Below are positions 55,032-64,000 of a stretch of DNA of 64,000 nt, piece by piece. A model generated the notes under the pieces. That model had not been told where the DNA came from, did not search any database, and saw only the letters and a list, made by a program, of their open reading frames with translations. Numbering within the stretch: the first letter of the stretch is position 1; every line of letters begins with the position of its first letter. Source of the DNA: Patescibacteria group bacterium (GTDB lineage: Bacteria; Patescibacteriota; Patescibacteriia; UBA11705; DATKZF01); contig JBMORT010000008.1 in the NCBI GenBank assembly GCA_049319825.1, positions 12,331 to 76,330 of the forward strand, written 5' to 3'. A program made the position numbers and the translations under genes.

Positions 55032-55373
55032 TTGCTAAGATGTAATAAATATATGATACCTGAAAAATGGGAAGAAATAAAGGAAATGGTCAACGGTAAT
55101 TTTGAAGTGATCGAATCCGGCCGGGAGATAATCGCCGATATTCCCGGCGCCACGCTCGAATTTATGGAGTTTTTTGGGCCAATGGGACGAATGAGGATTG
55201 AATTCATTTCAAAACCCAAGATTTTGGATAAAAAAACTTTGTATTCAAACCGAGTCGGCGGTGACGTCAAAGTCGATTATGTTTATTCCGAGCAAGAACT
55301 GGTCTATCAATTCATGGCTTATCAATGGGATGAGGTGGCCGACGACTGGAAAGAAATAGAATTTAATTTATAA
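55032..55373 (+). CDS. hypothetical protein (113 aa)
   Basis: ORF only. Confidence 0.3.
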   Translation: MLRCNKYMIPEKWEEIKEMVNGNFEVIESGREIIADIPGATLEFMEFFGPMGRMRIEFISKPKILDKKTLYSNRVGGDVKVDYVYSEQELVYQFMAYQWDEVADDWKEIEFNL

Positions 55374-55377
55374 TCAA

Positions 55378-56253
55378 ATGATTATGAAGAAGTTACTTTA
55401 TTTGCTGTTGCTGGCGGCGATTTCGATTTCCTTGATCGGAGCCGAAGGGCGATGTCAGCGGCGGTCGGCGATGACTTCGGAACAAGTCATGGATAGGATG
55501 ACGGCGGCCATGATTGATTCGGCGAAAACTTTTCACTTGCAGGGGTTGGTCGATGTCAGCACGAATACGCCGCTTTTCGGCAGCGCAGCCGGTGGTGGCG
55601 CGCTGAATTTCAGCTTCAATCTGGACGGTTATGTTGATCAAACGGAAAAAAGCGCCAAGGCCAAATCGGATGTCAGCGGTCAGCTCGAGACCCAAGGGGT
55701 GACTATTTCCGGAAAAGGTAAAACCATGCTGGCCGACGATTATATGTATTTATTAATCGAGCAGGCGCCGGCATTTTTTATGCCAAACGTCGAGCGCAAT
55801 GTATGGACGAAAAAGCCGTTTGCTCAGACGGAATTGACCCCGGAAGAAATGTATCAGCTCAAGCAGCTGCTGAAAAATCATCGTTTGTTTAAAGTCGCGC
55901 AGGATTTCGGAGTCGAAAAATCAAAAGCATCAACAGCGTATCATTATAAACTCGCATTTGACCGCGCTGAAGCTGTGAAATATATGGAAGACTGGGCGAA
56001 AGTGAAAAAGATGGAAGTGACACGGGACATGCGTGACGAGCTCGAGCCGCTGCTCGACCAGGCGGAAAAAATTGACGCGGAAATATGGATTGATCAGTCA
56101 AGCTTTTATATAAGCAGACTAAAAGTTAATATGCCGATCGAAGAAGATGATCAGCAGCTTGATTTCTCAGCTGATTTAACCCTTGACCAGTATAATGAAC
56201 CGGTTGAGATTTCCATCCCGGCTGATGCGAAAGAAGTATCTCCTGAATACTGA
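55378..56253 (+). CDS. secreted hypothetical protein (291 aa)
   Basis: Signal peptide MIMKKLLYLLLLAAISISLIGA. Confidence 0.45.
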   Translation: MIMKKLLYLLLLAAISISLIGAEGRCQRRSAMTSEQVMDRMTAAMIDSAKTFHLQGLVDVSTNTPLFGSAAGGGALNFSFNLDGYVDQTEKSAKAKSDVSGQLETQGVTISGKGKTMLADDYMYLLIEQAPAFFMPNVERNVWTKKPFAQTELTPEEMYQLKQLLKNHRLFKVAQDFGVEKSKASTAYHYKLAFDRAEAVKYMEDWAKVKKMEVTRDMRDELEPLLDQAEKIDAEIWIDQSSFYISRLKVNMPIEEDDQQLDFSADLTLDQYNEPVEISIPADAKEVSPEY

Positions 56254-56355
56254 CAATTTAATATTTTGTTAATAAATAATTAAAATAACAGCGGATTATG
56301 GAGATGGGATGGAATAAATGTTCCATGTTTCATGTTCCATGATTCATGACCAAAT

Positions 56356-57114
56356 ATGACAGCAATTATCCCGATTCTAGTCATCGTCCTGTTCATTATT
56401 TTGATCAGCTTGCGCCAGATCAATCAGTATGAGCGCGGCGTCAAATTCACCATGGGAAAATACGTGGGTATGAAAAATCCTGGCTGGAGAATCGTTCTTC
56501 CGATTTTCCAGAGCATGAAAAAGGTGGATCTGCGCATCAAAGCTGTTGACGTTCCTGAACAAAAGGCCATCACCAAAGACAATGTGTCAGTCGGCGTCAA
56601 TGCCGTGATTTATTGGAATGTATCTTCTGCGGAAAAAGCAATCCTCGAAGTCGAAAACTTTTTCTGGGCCGTTTCTCAATTAGCTCAGACTACCATGAGA
56701 AATGTCGTCGGTGAAGTCACCTTGGACGAGCTTTTAAGCTCGCGCGAAATGATTTCACAGCGAATCAAAGACATTGTTGACAAAGCCACCGATGCTTGGG
56801 GAATCAAGGTCGACAACGTCGAATTAAAAGACATAGTTTTGCCCGGCGACATGGAAAGAACTATTGCCAAGCAAGCAGAGGCGGAAAGAGAAAGAAGAGC
56901 GGTCATTATCAATGCCGAAGGCGAGCGCATTGCCGCCGAAAATATCGCCAAAGCCGCTCAGACTTTGAGCACGGCTCCGGGCGCATTGCATCTGAGAACT
57001 TTGCAGACCATAAACGACGTGTCTTCCGATCAGTCGAATACGATAGTATTCGTGGCGCCGCTTGAGGTATTGCGCGCGTTTGAAGGTTTCGCAAAAAAGG
57101 CGGAGCAAAAGTAA
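56356..57114 (+). CDS. SPFH/band-7 (stomatin/HflK/C-like) membrane protein
   Basis: N-terminal TM plus RTLQTINDV... SPFH core with Ala/Glu-rich coiled coil AKQAEAERERRAVIINAEGE; preceded by CATG-heptad element ...catgaccaaatATG. Confidence 0.8.
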   Translation: MTAIIPILVIVLFIILISLRQINQYERGVKFTMGKYVGMKNPGWRIVLPIFQSMKKVDLRIKAVDVPEQKAITKDNVSVGVNAVIYWNVSSAEKAILEVENFFWAVSQLAQTTMRNVVGEVTLDELLSSREMISQRIKDIVDKATDAWGIKVDNVELKDIVLPGDMERTIAKQAEAERERRAVIINAEGERIAAENIAKAAQTLSTAPGALHLRTLQTINDVSSDQSNTIVFVAPLEVLRAFEGFAKKAEQK

Positions 57115-57167
57115 TTGATTTTAGGAAATATAAAAAGGGGAGCGGGATGCTCCTCTTTTTGGTTTGG

Positions 57168-60100
57168 TTATTTTTTTATCTTTTTTATGGCCTTCGCGCC
57201 TATTTTCGGCGCTTTGTATTTACGCGAAGCTCGGAATGTTCTTTTATTCCAAATCGCCACGACTGGGCTTTTGCCGTCAGGATTCCAATTCGAGTAATTA
57301 TTGAAATTTGTTTCCGGTTCATTAACCAATTCGACTTTTTTGTTCTTTGAAAAGTTTTTTTGATAATACGCGGATACTGTCGGTCGGTTGGAAGATGAAT
57401 GGCTCGCGCCGTCTAACGGCAGAGCCACGATGTCAATTTTTCTTCTTTGCGCCGTTTCTTTCGCGTATTTAATAATTTCCTTTATTAGCGCGTCGCCATT
57501 TACCCGGCCCAGCAAATTTTCTCTTGGATTATTAGCCCTGATGTTTAAAACCTTTTTTCCGTCAGGCGTTTTTGTCTCGATAAATAAAACCGAACCGTCA
57601 ATGCGTTCCTGAGCTTTATTTCGATTGGTCACGATATTGATGCTGGTTATCCCCGGGAATTCGCCTTTGGCCAGCATGTCATGTTGCGAAGTGTAACACG
57701 CGTCGCCAATGTCTCCGGAAAAGACGCGCAAAAGTCCTTTGGCGGACACGAGAGCGATTTCGGTTTTTTTCTTGGTGATTTTACCTTGTTCTGATATTTG
57801 CTGCAGTTGCGCGTTTGTTTGATGTATCAGATGCTTTGCCGGATCTTCTCTTGTCTGCCAGACATCTTCCAATGTTTTACGCAATTTATTGCTGAAAGGA
57901 GAGTGATAAGCGTGATGCTGTTTTTGTTCCGGATGCAAATAATGTTCATTGATGAATTGCAATAATAAATCTGACATTTGTGAAATATCTTGCTTTGTCG
58001 CCTCGCCCTCGCCGGCGGCCAGAGAATCAAAGTGACTCCGCCAGCCGTCTGGAATGATTTTCTTAAGATGAAACGCTGACATGACCTGCAAGGCGTTTTT
58101 TGCCTCTTTGATGTCTGCCAGATCGCTCATAAATTGCACGACTTCTTCTTCGGACGCGTCTTTTTTTATTTCCAGCCCCTCTACCGCGCTTAAAGTGTTT
58201 TCCAAATTTTCAATGCTTTTTTGGATTCCTTTGTTGGCTTTGTCCGGAACTTCGCTTAATTTAGCGCGAGCTTTTTCAAGTTTTTCTGACAGCGTTCCCT
58301 TTATTAATTCCTTTTGCCCTTGCCAATAGCCATTGACATCCTCGATTTTTGATCCTTCTTTCATGGCATCGCGCAGATTTTCAAACATGGCCTGCAAGGT
58401 TTTATTTTCAAGAAGCGCATTTTCCCTTGTGTTTTTTTCTTCATCTGATATCTTGATAGCTTCAGTTTCGGAGATTTCGATCGGTTTTTCTTCATAGCCT
58501 TCTGGCAATTCGGCCAGCTGAGGGATTTCCGCCGCTGTTTTTCGCCAGACATTGATTAAGTTTGACATCGATCCCATTCCTGCCCATTTGGTAGTTCCTT
58601 TTAAAGCCCCGAGCACCTCGATTCCCAGCGCGGTATCTATTTTAGCAGGGATTTTGTCTCGGAGAAGCTCTTGTTGCAGCTTTCTTTTAAAATTTCTAAT
58701 TTCATTTATAACTCCATCCGGAGTTTTGAATTTCTCAAGACTGCCGACGGCTTCTTCCAAATTCTTTCTGGTGTTAGGCTCCAATTCGGAAAGATCTGTA
58801 ATTTTTTTTAATTCCACATAGCTGCCGCACAGCAAAGGCATATTAAACGCCCCGAATTCTTTAATGAAAGACAAAAACATTTCTCCGTCTTCTGTTTTTT
58901 CTAAAGATAGGCGGTTTTCGTCAGTCATTTGTTTTAGCAGAGGCTGAATTTCTTTTGTCCATGGGCAATGGTTTTCATTAGCTGAAAAATCTTGAATATC
59001 GCGCAATTTTATCACTGGCTTTTCCCAGGCGAGGCTGGCTAATACCTGCGGATAAGAGAATAATTTTTTCATTGATGTTTTTGACGCTGCTTCGGCCAGT
59101 TGTTTTTGCTGTTCAGGTGAAGGCGGTAATTTTCCCAGATTATTTAGAAGTTCTAAGGGATCCTCTTGGATTAATTTATTGATAAGTGTATTTTGTTGCT
59201 CGAGCGAGAGGCTTAACTTTTTCAGGGCTGAAAGCATTGCGATGGGATTTTTTTTAATCAGATTTTCGATGAGGTCATTTCGCTGTTTCTGGGAAAAGGC
59301 AAAGTCTTTCAAATGCTGAAGGAGAATGGATGGGGTTTGTTCGATAAGTTTATCGACGAGGCGACTCATTTGGTCATGGGGAATATAAATTTTCCCTATG
59401 TAATTAAGAAGTTCTGCTGGATGCTTTTGAATCAAGGCGTCTATCAGATTATTTTGTTGTTCCGGGGAAAGAGTGAGTTTGTCCAGATCGCGTAGAAGAT
59501 CGGCAGGATATTGATTTGTTAATTCATCAATAAGCCTGTTTTGCTGCTCTGGAGAAATAGTAAGTTTTGATAGAAACGACGGGACTTTTTTAGGGGAATA
59601 TATTATTAATAATTCCGCAAATTCTTCTTGCGTTACGGCAAGCTTTTGAAGATTTTCGAACGCGGTTTCGGGGTCGCGTTGTATAAATCGGTGGATATTT
59701 TCTTTTATTTCCTCGGGTTTTAAATTAAGTTTGTCAGAAAATTTTAATACGGCGATAAAATGGTAACGTATCAGCGTATCTTTGATTTTTTCTAAATCTT
59801 CAGGTGAGAGAACCTTTATCAAATTTTCTACATAATGGCTTCCGCCATATGGTTTCCATATGTTGAGTACTTTGCTAATAATTTTTTCTTTTTGATCGGC
59901 GGAAATTCCCTTTCGTCCCAGATGGTCTATTAAGGAATCCGCGTTTTTATCTATCGCGCGATCTACTAATTCATTTTCCGAAATACCAAAAGCGGCTAGA
60001 TTTGTAAAAATGTTATCAATTTTTCCATTTATAATACATCGATCAATAAGATCAGACTTTTGCTCAGGTGATAAATTAAAGTTTGTTATGTTTTTTGATA

Positions 60101-60419
60101 AATATTCATAATTTTCGATAATCGCGATTTCTACAAATTTCTCAGATGATAAACCTAATTTATCCAGAGAACCGAGAACCATGTCCGGGGCGGATTTTAA
60201 TAGCGCTTTTTGAAAATGTTGAATATTATCAGGTGATAACTCAAGTGAAGAAAAGTTGTCAATAAAATATTTTGAGCTCTTTTCATTTATTTTTGAAATC
60301 ATGTCGTCCTCAATATTCTGCTTTACTTGCGAATGTTTTATTTTTTTGACTAGCGCTACCGCGTAATCCGGGTTATTTTTCGTTAGAAATTGCAGCTCAT
60401 TGTAAAATTTATCTCTCAT
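57168..60419 (-). CDS. giant hypothetical protein (1083 aa) with ~8 tandem ~30-aa helical repeats (LSPEQQNxLIDxLIxKxPxxLL)
   Basis: Repeats read in the translation; no catalytic motif recognised. Confidence 0.6.
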   Translation of the reverse strand: MRDKFYNELQFLTKNNPDYAVALVKKIKHSQVKQNIEDDMISKINEKSSKYFIDNFSSLELSPDNIQHFQKALLKSAPDMVLGSLDKLGLSSEKFVEIAIIENYEYLSKNITNFNLSPEQKSDLIDRCIINGKIDNIFTNLAAFGISENELVDRAIDKNADSLIDHLGRKGISADQKEKIISKVLNIWKPYGGSHYVENLIKVLSPEDLEKIKDTLIRYHFIAVLKFSDKLNLKPEEIKENIHRFIQRDPETAFENLQKLAVTQEEFAELLIIYSPKKVPSFLSKLTISPEQQNRLIDELTNQYPADLLRDLDKLTLSPEQQNNLIDALIQKHPAELLNYIGKIYIPHDQMSRLVDKLIEQTPSILLQHLKDFAFSQKQRNDLIENLIKKNPIAMLSALKKLSLSLEQQNTLINKLIQEDPLELLNNLGKLPPSPEQQKQLAEAASKTSMKKLFSYPQVLASLAWEKPVIKLRDIQDFSANENHCPWTKEIQPLLKQMTDENRLSLEKTEDGEMFLSFIKEFGAFNMPLLCGSYVELKKITDLSELEPNTRKNLEEAVGSLEKFKTPDGVINEIRNFKRKLQQELLRDKIPAKIDTALGIEVLGALKGTTKWAGMGSMSNLINVWRKTAAEIPQLAELPEGYEEKPIEISETEAIKISDEEKNTRENALLENKTLQAMFENLRDAMKEGSKIEDVNGYWQGQKELIKGTLSEKLEKARAKLSEVPDKANKGIQKSIENLENTLSAVEGLEIKKDASEEEVVQFMSDLADIKEAKNALQVMSAFHLKKIIPDGWRSHFDSLAAGEGEATKQDISQMSDLLLQFINEHYLHPEQKQHHAYHSPFSNKLRKTLEDVWQTREDPAKHLIHQTNAQLQQISEQGKITKKKTEIALVSAKGLLRVFSGDIGDACYTSQHDMLAKGEFPGITSINIVTNRNKAQERIDGSVLFIETKTPDGKKVLNIRANNPRENLLGRVNGDALIKEIIKYAKETAQRRKIDIVALPLDGASHSSSNRPTVSAYYQKNFSKNKKVELVNEPETNFNNYSNWNPDGKSPVVAIWNKRTFRASRKYKAPKIGAKAIKKIKK

Positions 60420-60421
60420 CT

Positions 60422-60832
60422 CTACTTCGATTTTTTTATTTCCGCATCCGGAATATTATCAAGATCATTGCCGTATTTATCTGTTAATTCATTTATTTTG
60501 TCGATAATTTTTTTCGCTCGTTCGAATGATTGTTCCGCTTCAGCCTTTTCTTTATCAGCCGGCGCCACTTCCGCGGTCAAGATGTCTTTCGCCCCTTCCG
60601 CCTCCTCATCTAGTCCAGTGAGCTCAGCTTCTATGTCCTTATCCACCGGCTCGCCCTCAGCCATTTTTTCAGCCAAAGGCAAGCCGCCAGTCTTGAACTC
60701 CTCGACCGCCGCTTCGGCTTTTGTCATAATTTCCTCAGGCTTTGCTTCTACATCTTCCGGCGTCGGCAATCCTTCTTTTTCCGGCGCGGCCGGGATTTCC
60801 GTATTTTTTATTTCATGTTCTCCTAAAACCAT
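60422..60832 (-). CDS. acidic hypothetical protein (136 aa), tightly coupled (3-nt gap) upstream of the giant protein gene
   Basis: E/D/A-rich sequence. Confidence 0.4.
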   Translation of the reverse strand: MVLGEHEIKNTEIPAAPEKEGLPTPEDVEAKPEEIMTKAEAAVEEFKTGGLPLAEKMAEGEPVDKDIEAELTGLDEEAEGAKDILTAEVAPADKEKAEAEQSFERAKKIIDKINELTDKYGNDLDNIPDAEIKKSK

Positions 60833-60837
60833 ATTAT

Positions 60838-60990
60838 TTTTGCTTTATTTCCTCCTGAATTTGTTTGATTTTTCGATCAGCGAGGCGCTGGCTGTATTTA
60901 TTTAGCGTCTCAAGCTGTTTTTTCCGCAATCTATTTATGCGTGATTCAAACTCTTTCCAGGCTTGTTCGGATTTATTTTTTGCCATATTT
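60838..60990 (-). CDS. small basic helical protein (50 aa; paralog of 54735-54920; below the ORF-track cutoff)
   Basis: MAKNKSEQAWKEFESRINRLRKKQLETLNKYSQRLADRKIKQIQEEIKQK. Confidence 0.3.
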
Positions 60991-61078
60991 TAAAATTGAT
61001 TTATTCATTGACCTAATTATAGCAAAACTTCGGCCAGATCACCACTTTTAATAATGCGAATTTTGTGGTATTTTATAT

Positions 61079-62869
61079 TTGTGCAACACTTCGGTTATGC
61101 GTCGATATTTTAATACAAACGAAAAAAGTGAAAATAAAAAAAAGACCCCGAAAAATGACCGCCGGATAATTTTTTTGAAGGTAATTTTTATGATTGTCAC
61201 CGTTTTAATGGTGGGGAAGCTTTTTAAGCTGCAAGTATTGGACCATCAATATTATTTTGCCCTGGCCTCGAACCAGTATGAAATATTTAAGCAGCTTTTT
61301 CCGGTGCGCGGCGATATTTTGGTCAGGGACGATAAAGTCAGCGTTTTTGACGAAGAAGATTTATATCCGCTGGCGACGAATAAAGAATTGACTTTGGTTT
61401 TTGCTAAGCCATATGAAATCGACGATCCCGAAGAAACACTATCCAAGCTTAAAGAAGTTTTTCATATTGACGATGAAGAGCAGGAAAAGGCGCTGCTCGA
61501 AAAGCTCAGCAAAGAAAACGATCCGTATGAACCGATTGAGCATCGAGTTGACGATGAAACAGCTAAGCGGCTGCAAGAATTGAATATCAAGGGCATTCAC
61601 TTGAGTCCGGAAAAATCAAGATACTATCCGGAAAAAAATATCGGCAGCAACATTCTCGGATTTGTCAGTTTTTCGGAAAATGCCGGTAAATACGGATTGG
61701 AAGGCCATTACAACGATTTATTGGCCGGGAAAACCGGATTTTTAAGTTCAGAATTGGACAGTTCCGGCCGCTGGATAAGCGTGGCCGGCAAAAAATTCGA
61801 AAAAGCCGAAGATGGCGCTGATATAGTATTAACTATCGATAAATCAATTCAATTTTTCGCCTGTGAAGCGCTGGATCAAGCGGTCAGCGGGTATAGCGCC
61901 AAGGGCGGCAGCGTCATAATAATGGATCCATATACCGGTCGGATTATCGCCATGTGCTCGGCTCCCGATTTTGATCCGAATAATTATAACAAGGCAGCCG
62001 ATATCGATGTGTTCAATAATAATGCGATATCGACCGCTTACGAGCCCGGCTCGATCTTTAAGCCTATCACCATGGCGGCCGCGATCGACGCCGGCCGGAT
62101 CGATCCCTATACCACCTATAATGACACCGGCGAAGTGGTCATCGATCAATGGACGATAAAAAATTCGGACGGTAAGGGGCATGGATTGAAAAACATGACC
62201 AATGTGCTCGAAGAGTCTCTTAATACCGGATCGATTTTCGCTGCCCGGCAGATTGGGATTGGCGCTTTCACCAATTATGTCCGGAATTTCGGTTTGGGAT
62301 CATCAACCGGATTTGATTTGGGTCCGGAGTCGCCCGGAGACATCAGCGCGCTTGATAAGCAAAGCGAAATCTACATGGCGACGGCGTCATTCGGTCAGGG
62401 TATCACCACCACGCCACTTCAGATGGTTGCCGCTTACGCGGCTTTAGCCAATGGCGGCAATTTGCCCCATCCGTATATAATCGATGAAATTCGCTACAGC
62501 GACGGCACGGTAAAAAAGACGGAATTAAAAAGTCCGCGGCGGGTGATATCAGAGCGAACATCGGCATTGCTCAAAGGCATGCTCGTTTCCGTGGTCAAAA
62601 ATGGTCATGCGGAACCAGCCGGAGTGCCCGGCTATATTGTCGGCGGAAAGACCGGCACGGCTCAGGTGCCTGATAGAATTCATGGCGGATACAGCGCAGC
62701 CACCATCCAATCGTTTGTCGGTTTTGCGCCGCTCGATGACCCCAGATTCGTGATGATCGTTAAGCTGGATAATCCGGAGCGCGCGTATTCTGTTTTGACC
62801 GCCGCACCGACATTTGGCAAGATAGCCAAGTTTGTATTAGAATATTATGGGATTGCTCCTAGCGAATAA
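61079..62869 (+). CDS. ftsI: penicillin-binding protein 2 / FtsI-type peptidoglycan D,D-transpeptidase
   Basis: N-terminal TM, dimerisation domain, transpeptidase motifs SxxK region, SxN, KTGT (GGKTGTAQV). Confidence 0.85.
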   Translation: MCNTSVMRRYFNTNEKSENKKKTPKNDRRIIFLKVIFMIVTVLMVGKLFKLQVLDHQYYFALASNQYEIFKQLFPVRGDILVRDDKVSVFDEEDLYPLATNKELTLVFAKPYEIDDPEETLSKLKEVFHIDDEEQEKALLEKLSKENDPYEPIEHRVDDETAKRLQELNIKGIHLSPEKSRYYPEKNIGSNILGFVSFSENAGKYGLEGHYNDLLAGKTGFLSSELDSSGRWISVAGKKFEKAEDGADIVLTIDKSIQFFACEALDQAVSGYSAKGGSVIIMDPYTGRIIAMCSAPDFDPNNYNKAADIDVFNNNAISTAYEPGSIFKPITMAAAIDAGRIDPYTTYNDTGEVVIDQWTIKNSDGKGHGLKNMTNVLEESLNTGSIFAARQIGIGAFTNYVRNFGLGSSTGFDLGPESPGDISALDKQSEIYMATASFGQGITTTPLQMVAAYAALANGGNLPHPYIIDEIRYSDGTVKKTELKSPRRVISERTSALLKGMLVSVVKNGHAEPAGVPGYIVGGKTGTAQVPDRIHGGYSAATIQSFVGFAPLDDPRFVMIVKLDNPERAYSVLTAAPTFGKIAKFVLEYYGIAPSE

Positions 62870-63002
62870 ATCCCAAAAAACAAATTTTAAATACAGATAA
62901 ATAACAAGTCCCAATGAACGAAATTCCAAGAATCGAAATTCCCAATTGACATTTGGAGCTTGGCTCTTGTTGATATTCAGTGCTTGTTATTTGTAATTTT
63001 TT

Positions 63003-64000
63003 ATGATGAAGGTATTACAAAAACTACTTGCTTTCTTTTCCCGTCTGATATTAAACAGATATAAACCAAAAGTGGTGGGGATTACCGGCAGCATCGGAAA
63101 AACCTCGACCAAAGAAGCATGTTTTACCGTGTTGAAAAATAAATTTTCGGTTAGAAGAAATGTTAAAAATTATAATAATGAAATCGGCGTGCCATTGACT
63201 ATAATAGGCGCGGAAACGGGTGGCCGGTCATTATTTAAATGGTTGAGAGTTTTTGTAAAGGCATTTAAATTGTGGATCAAAAAGGATCCTGATTATCCTA
63301 AAGTTTTAATTTTGGAAATGGGAGCCGATAAACCGGGAGACATCAGATATTTGACCGGTATCGCGCCATTGGATATCGGCATTATCACCAAAGTCAGTCC
63401 GGTGCACATCGAATTTTTTGGTACGATAGAAAAAATAGCCAGGGAAAAGGGAAGCCTGATAAGAAATTTTGGGGAAAAACAAATCGCGATTTTAAATTTT
63501 GACGATAAACTGGTAAGAGCCATGGCCGGATCCACTCCGGCGCGCGTCATCAGCTATGGCTTCGCGGAAGATGCGGTCGTTAAAGTGATTGGCGCCAATG
63601 TCAGCTTGGAAAATGATCGAATCAAGGGATTAAGCTTCAAACTGGTTTATCAGGGCTCGACCGTGCCGATGTTTCTGCCGGGGGTTATTGGTTTTCACCA
63701 ATTGTACGCGGCCATGGCCGGCGCCGCTTGCGGTATCGCGCTGGGCATGAACATGGTGGATATCAGCCAAGCCTTGCAGCTGTACCGAGCGCCGAAAGGC
63801 AGAATGCACCTGATCGATGGAATAAACGGATCGACAATTATCGATGATAGTTATAATTCATCGCCCGACGCGGCCGCGGCCGCGATTGAAGCGGCCGGCA
63901 AATTGCCGCGGCGAGGACAATTGATTGGCGCTTTCGGCGAGATGCTGGAGCTGGGCGATTTGGCGGTGGAAAAGCATCAAGAGCTGGGTCAAAAGGCGGT
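63003..64000 (+). CDS. murF: UDP-N-acetylmuramoyl-tripeptide--D-alanyl-D-alanine ligase MurF (3'-partial; runs off the window end)
   Basis: GITGSIGKTSTKE P-loop, ILEMGADKPGDI, DDSYNSSPDA; no stop before position 64000. Confidence 0.8.
   Translation, partial: MMKVLQKLLAFFSRLILNRYKPKVVGITGSIGKTSTKEACFTVLKNKFSVRRNVKNYNNEIGVPLTIIGAETGGRSLFKWLRVFVKAFKLWIKKDPDYPKVLILEMGADKPGDIRYLTGIAPLDIGIITKVSPVHIEFFGTIEKIAREKGSLIRNFGEKQIAILNFDDKLVRAMAGSTPARVISYGFAEDAVVKVIGANVSLENDRIKGLSFKLVYQGSTVPMFLPGVIGFHQLYAAMAGAACGIALGMNMVDISQALQLYRAPKGRMHLIDGINGSTIIDDSYNSSPDAAAAAIEAAGKLPRRGQLIGAFGEMLELGDLAVEKHQELGQKA

Overview
This is an AT-rich (~40% GC) compact bacterial segment with many short, hypothetical and membrane-anchored proteins. 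That style is consistent with a reduced-genome lineage such as Candidate Phyla Radiation/Patescibacteria; this is an inference from the sequence, not a database result. Recognisable core genes on the + strand include mnmA, a short-form alaS, mutS and mutL, the infA-rpmJ-rpsM-rpsK-rpsD-rpoA-rplQ block followed by rplM-rpsI, rplJ-rplL, mraZ-rsmH-ftsL, sodA, an Ogg-type glycosylase, tgt, an SPFH protein, ftsI and a 3'-partial murF. pyrE lies on the - strand. Accessory content includes a flippase-PgeF-GT4 glycan trio, an SF2 helicase with four C-terminal Cys4 zinc-ribbon repeats, an FG-GAP L,D-transpeptidase, a SET-domain protein, a Bro-N/DinD-like protein and a CPA2 antiporter. There is also a B12-binding radical-SAM gene next to an ABC exporter, a run of four N-anchored surface proteins, two paralogous small-ORF plus coiled-coil modules, and a 1083-aa repeat protein.

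The most unusual signals are non-coding. First, a family of ~111-119-bp GC-rich cloverleaf palindromes (an outer stem plus three perfect hairpins). Two identical copies flank an 860-bp ~60%-GC ORF-free island between mutS and mutL; that island has its own consensus TTGACA-17-TATACT promoter and is a candidate structured ncRNA, or an insertion. A third, structure-conserved but sequence-diverged copy lies at 42.6 kb. Second, perfect TCCATG[C/T] heptamer arrays (19 units upstream of mutS, 6 units upstream of mraZ, degenerate versions upstream of rpsM, the ftsL-like gene and the SPFH gene) run into start codons that lack a Shine-Dalgarno sequence. Third, there are two further recurrent upstream motif families (GTAAT repeats and CTTGTCGCAC repeats) and a recurrent 3'-end motif GAGGATAAAGGCGGCGCTGGAGTAAT. 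Fourth, a 345-bp minisatellite with a 10/11-bp unit (about the DNA helical repeat) follows the stop of a DUF333 surface protein. Fifth, a 41-bp exact duplication of the tsaB 5' end brackets a 1.6-kb insertion. Finally, 23 kb separates mraZ-rsmH-ftsL from ftsI-murF. No rRNA, tRNA or CRISPR array was found.
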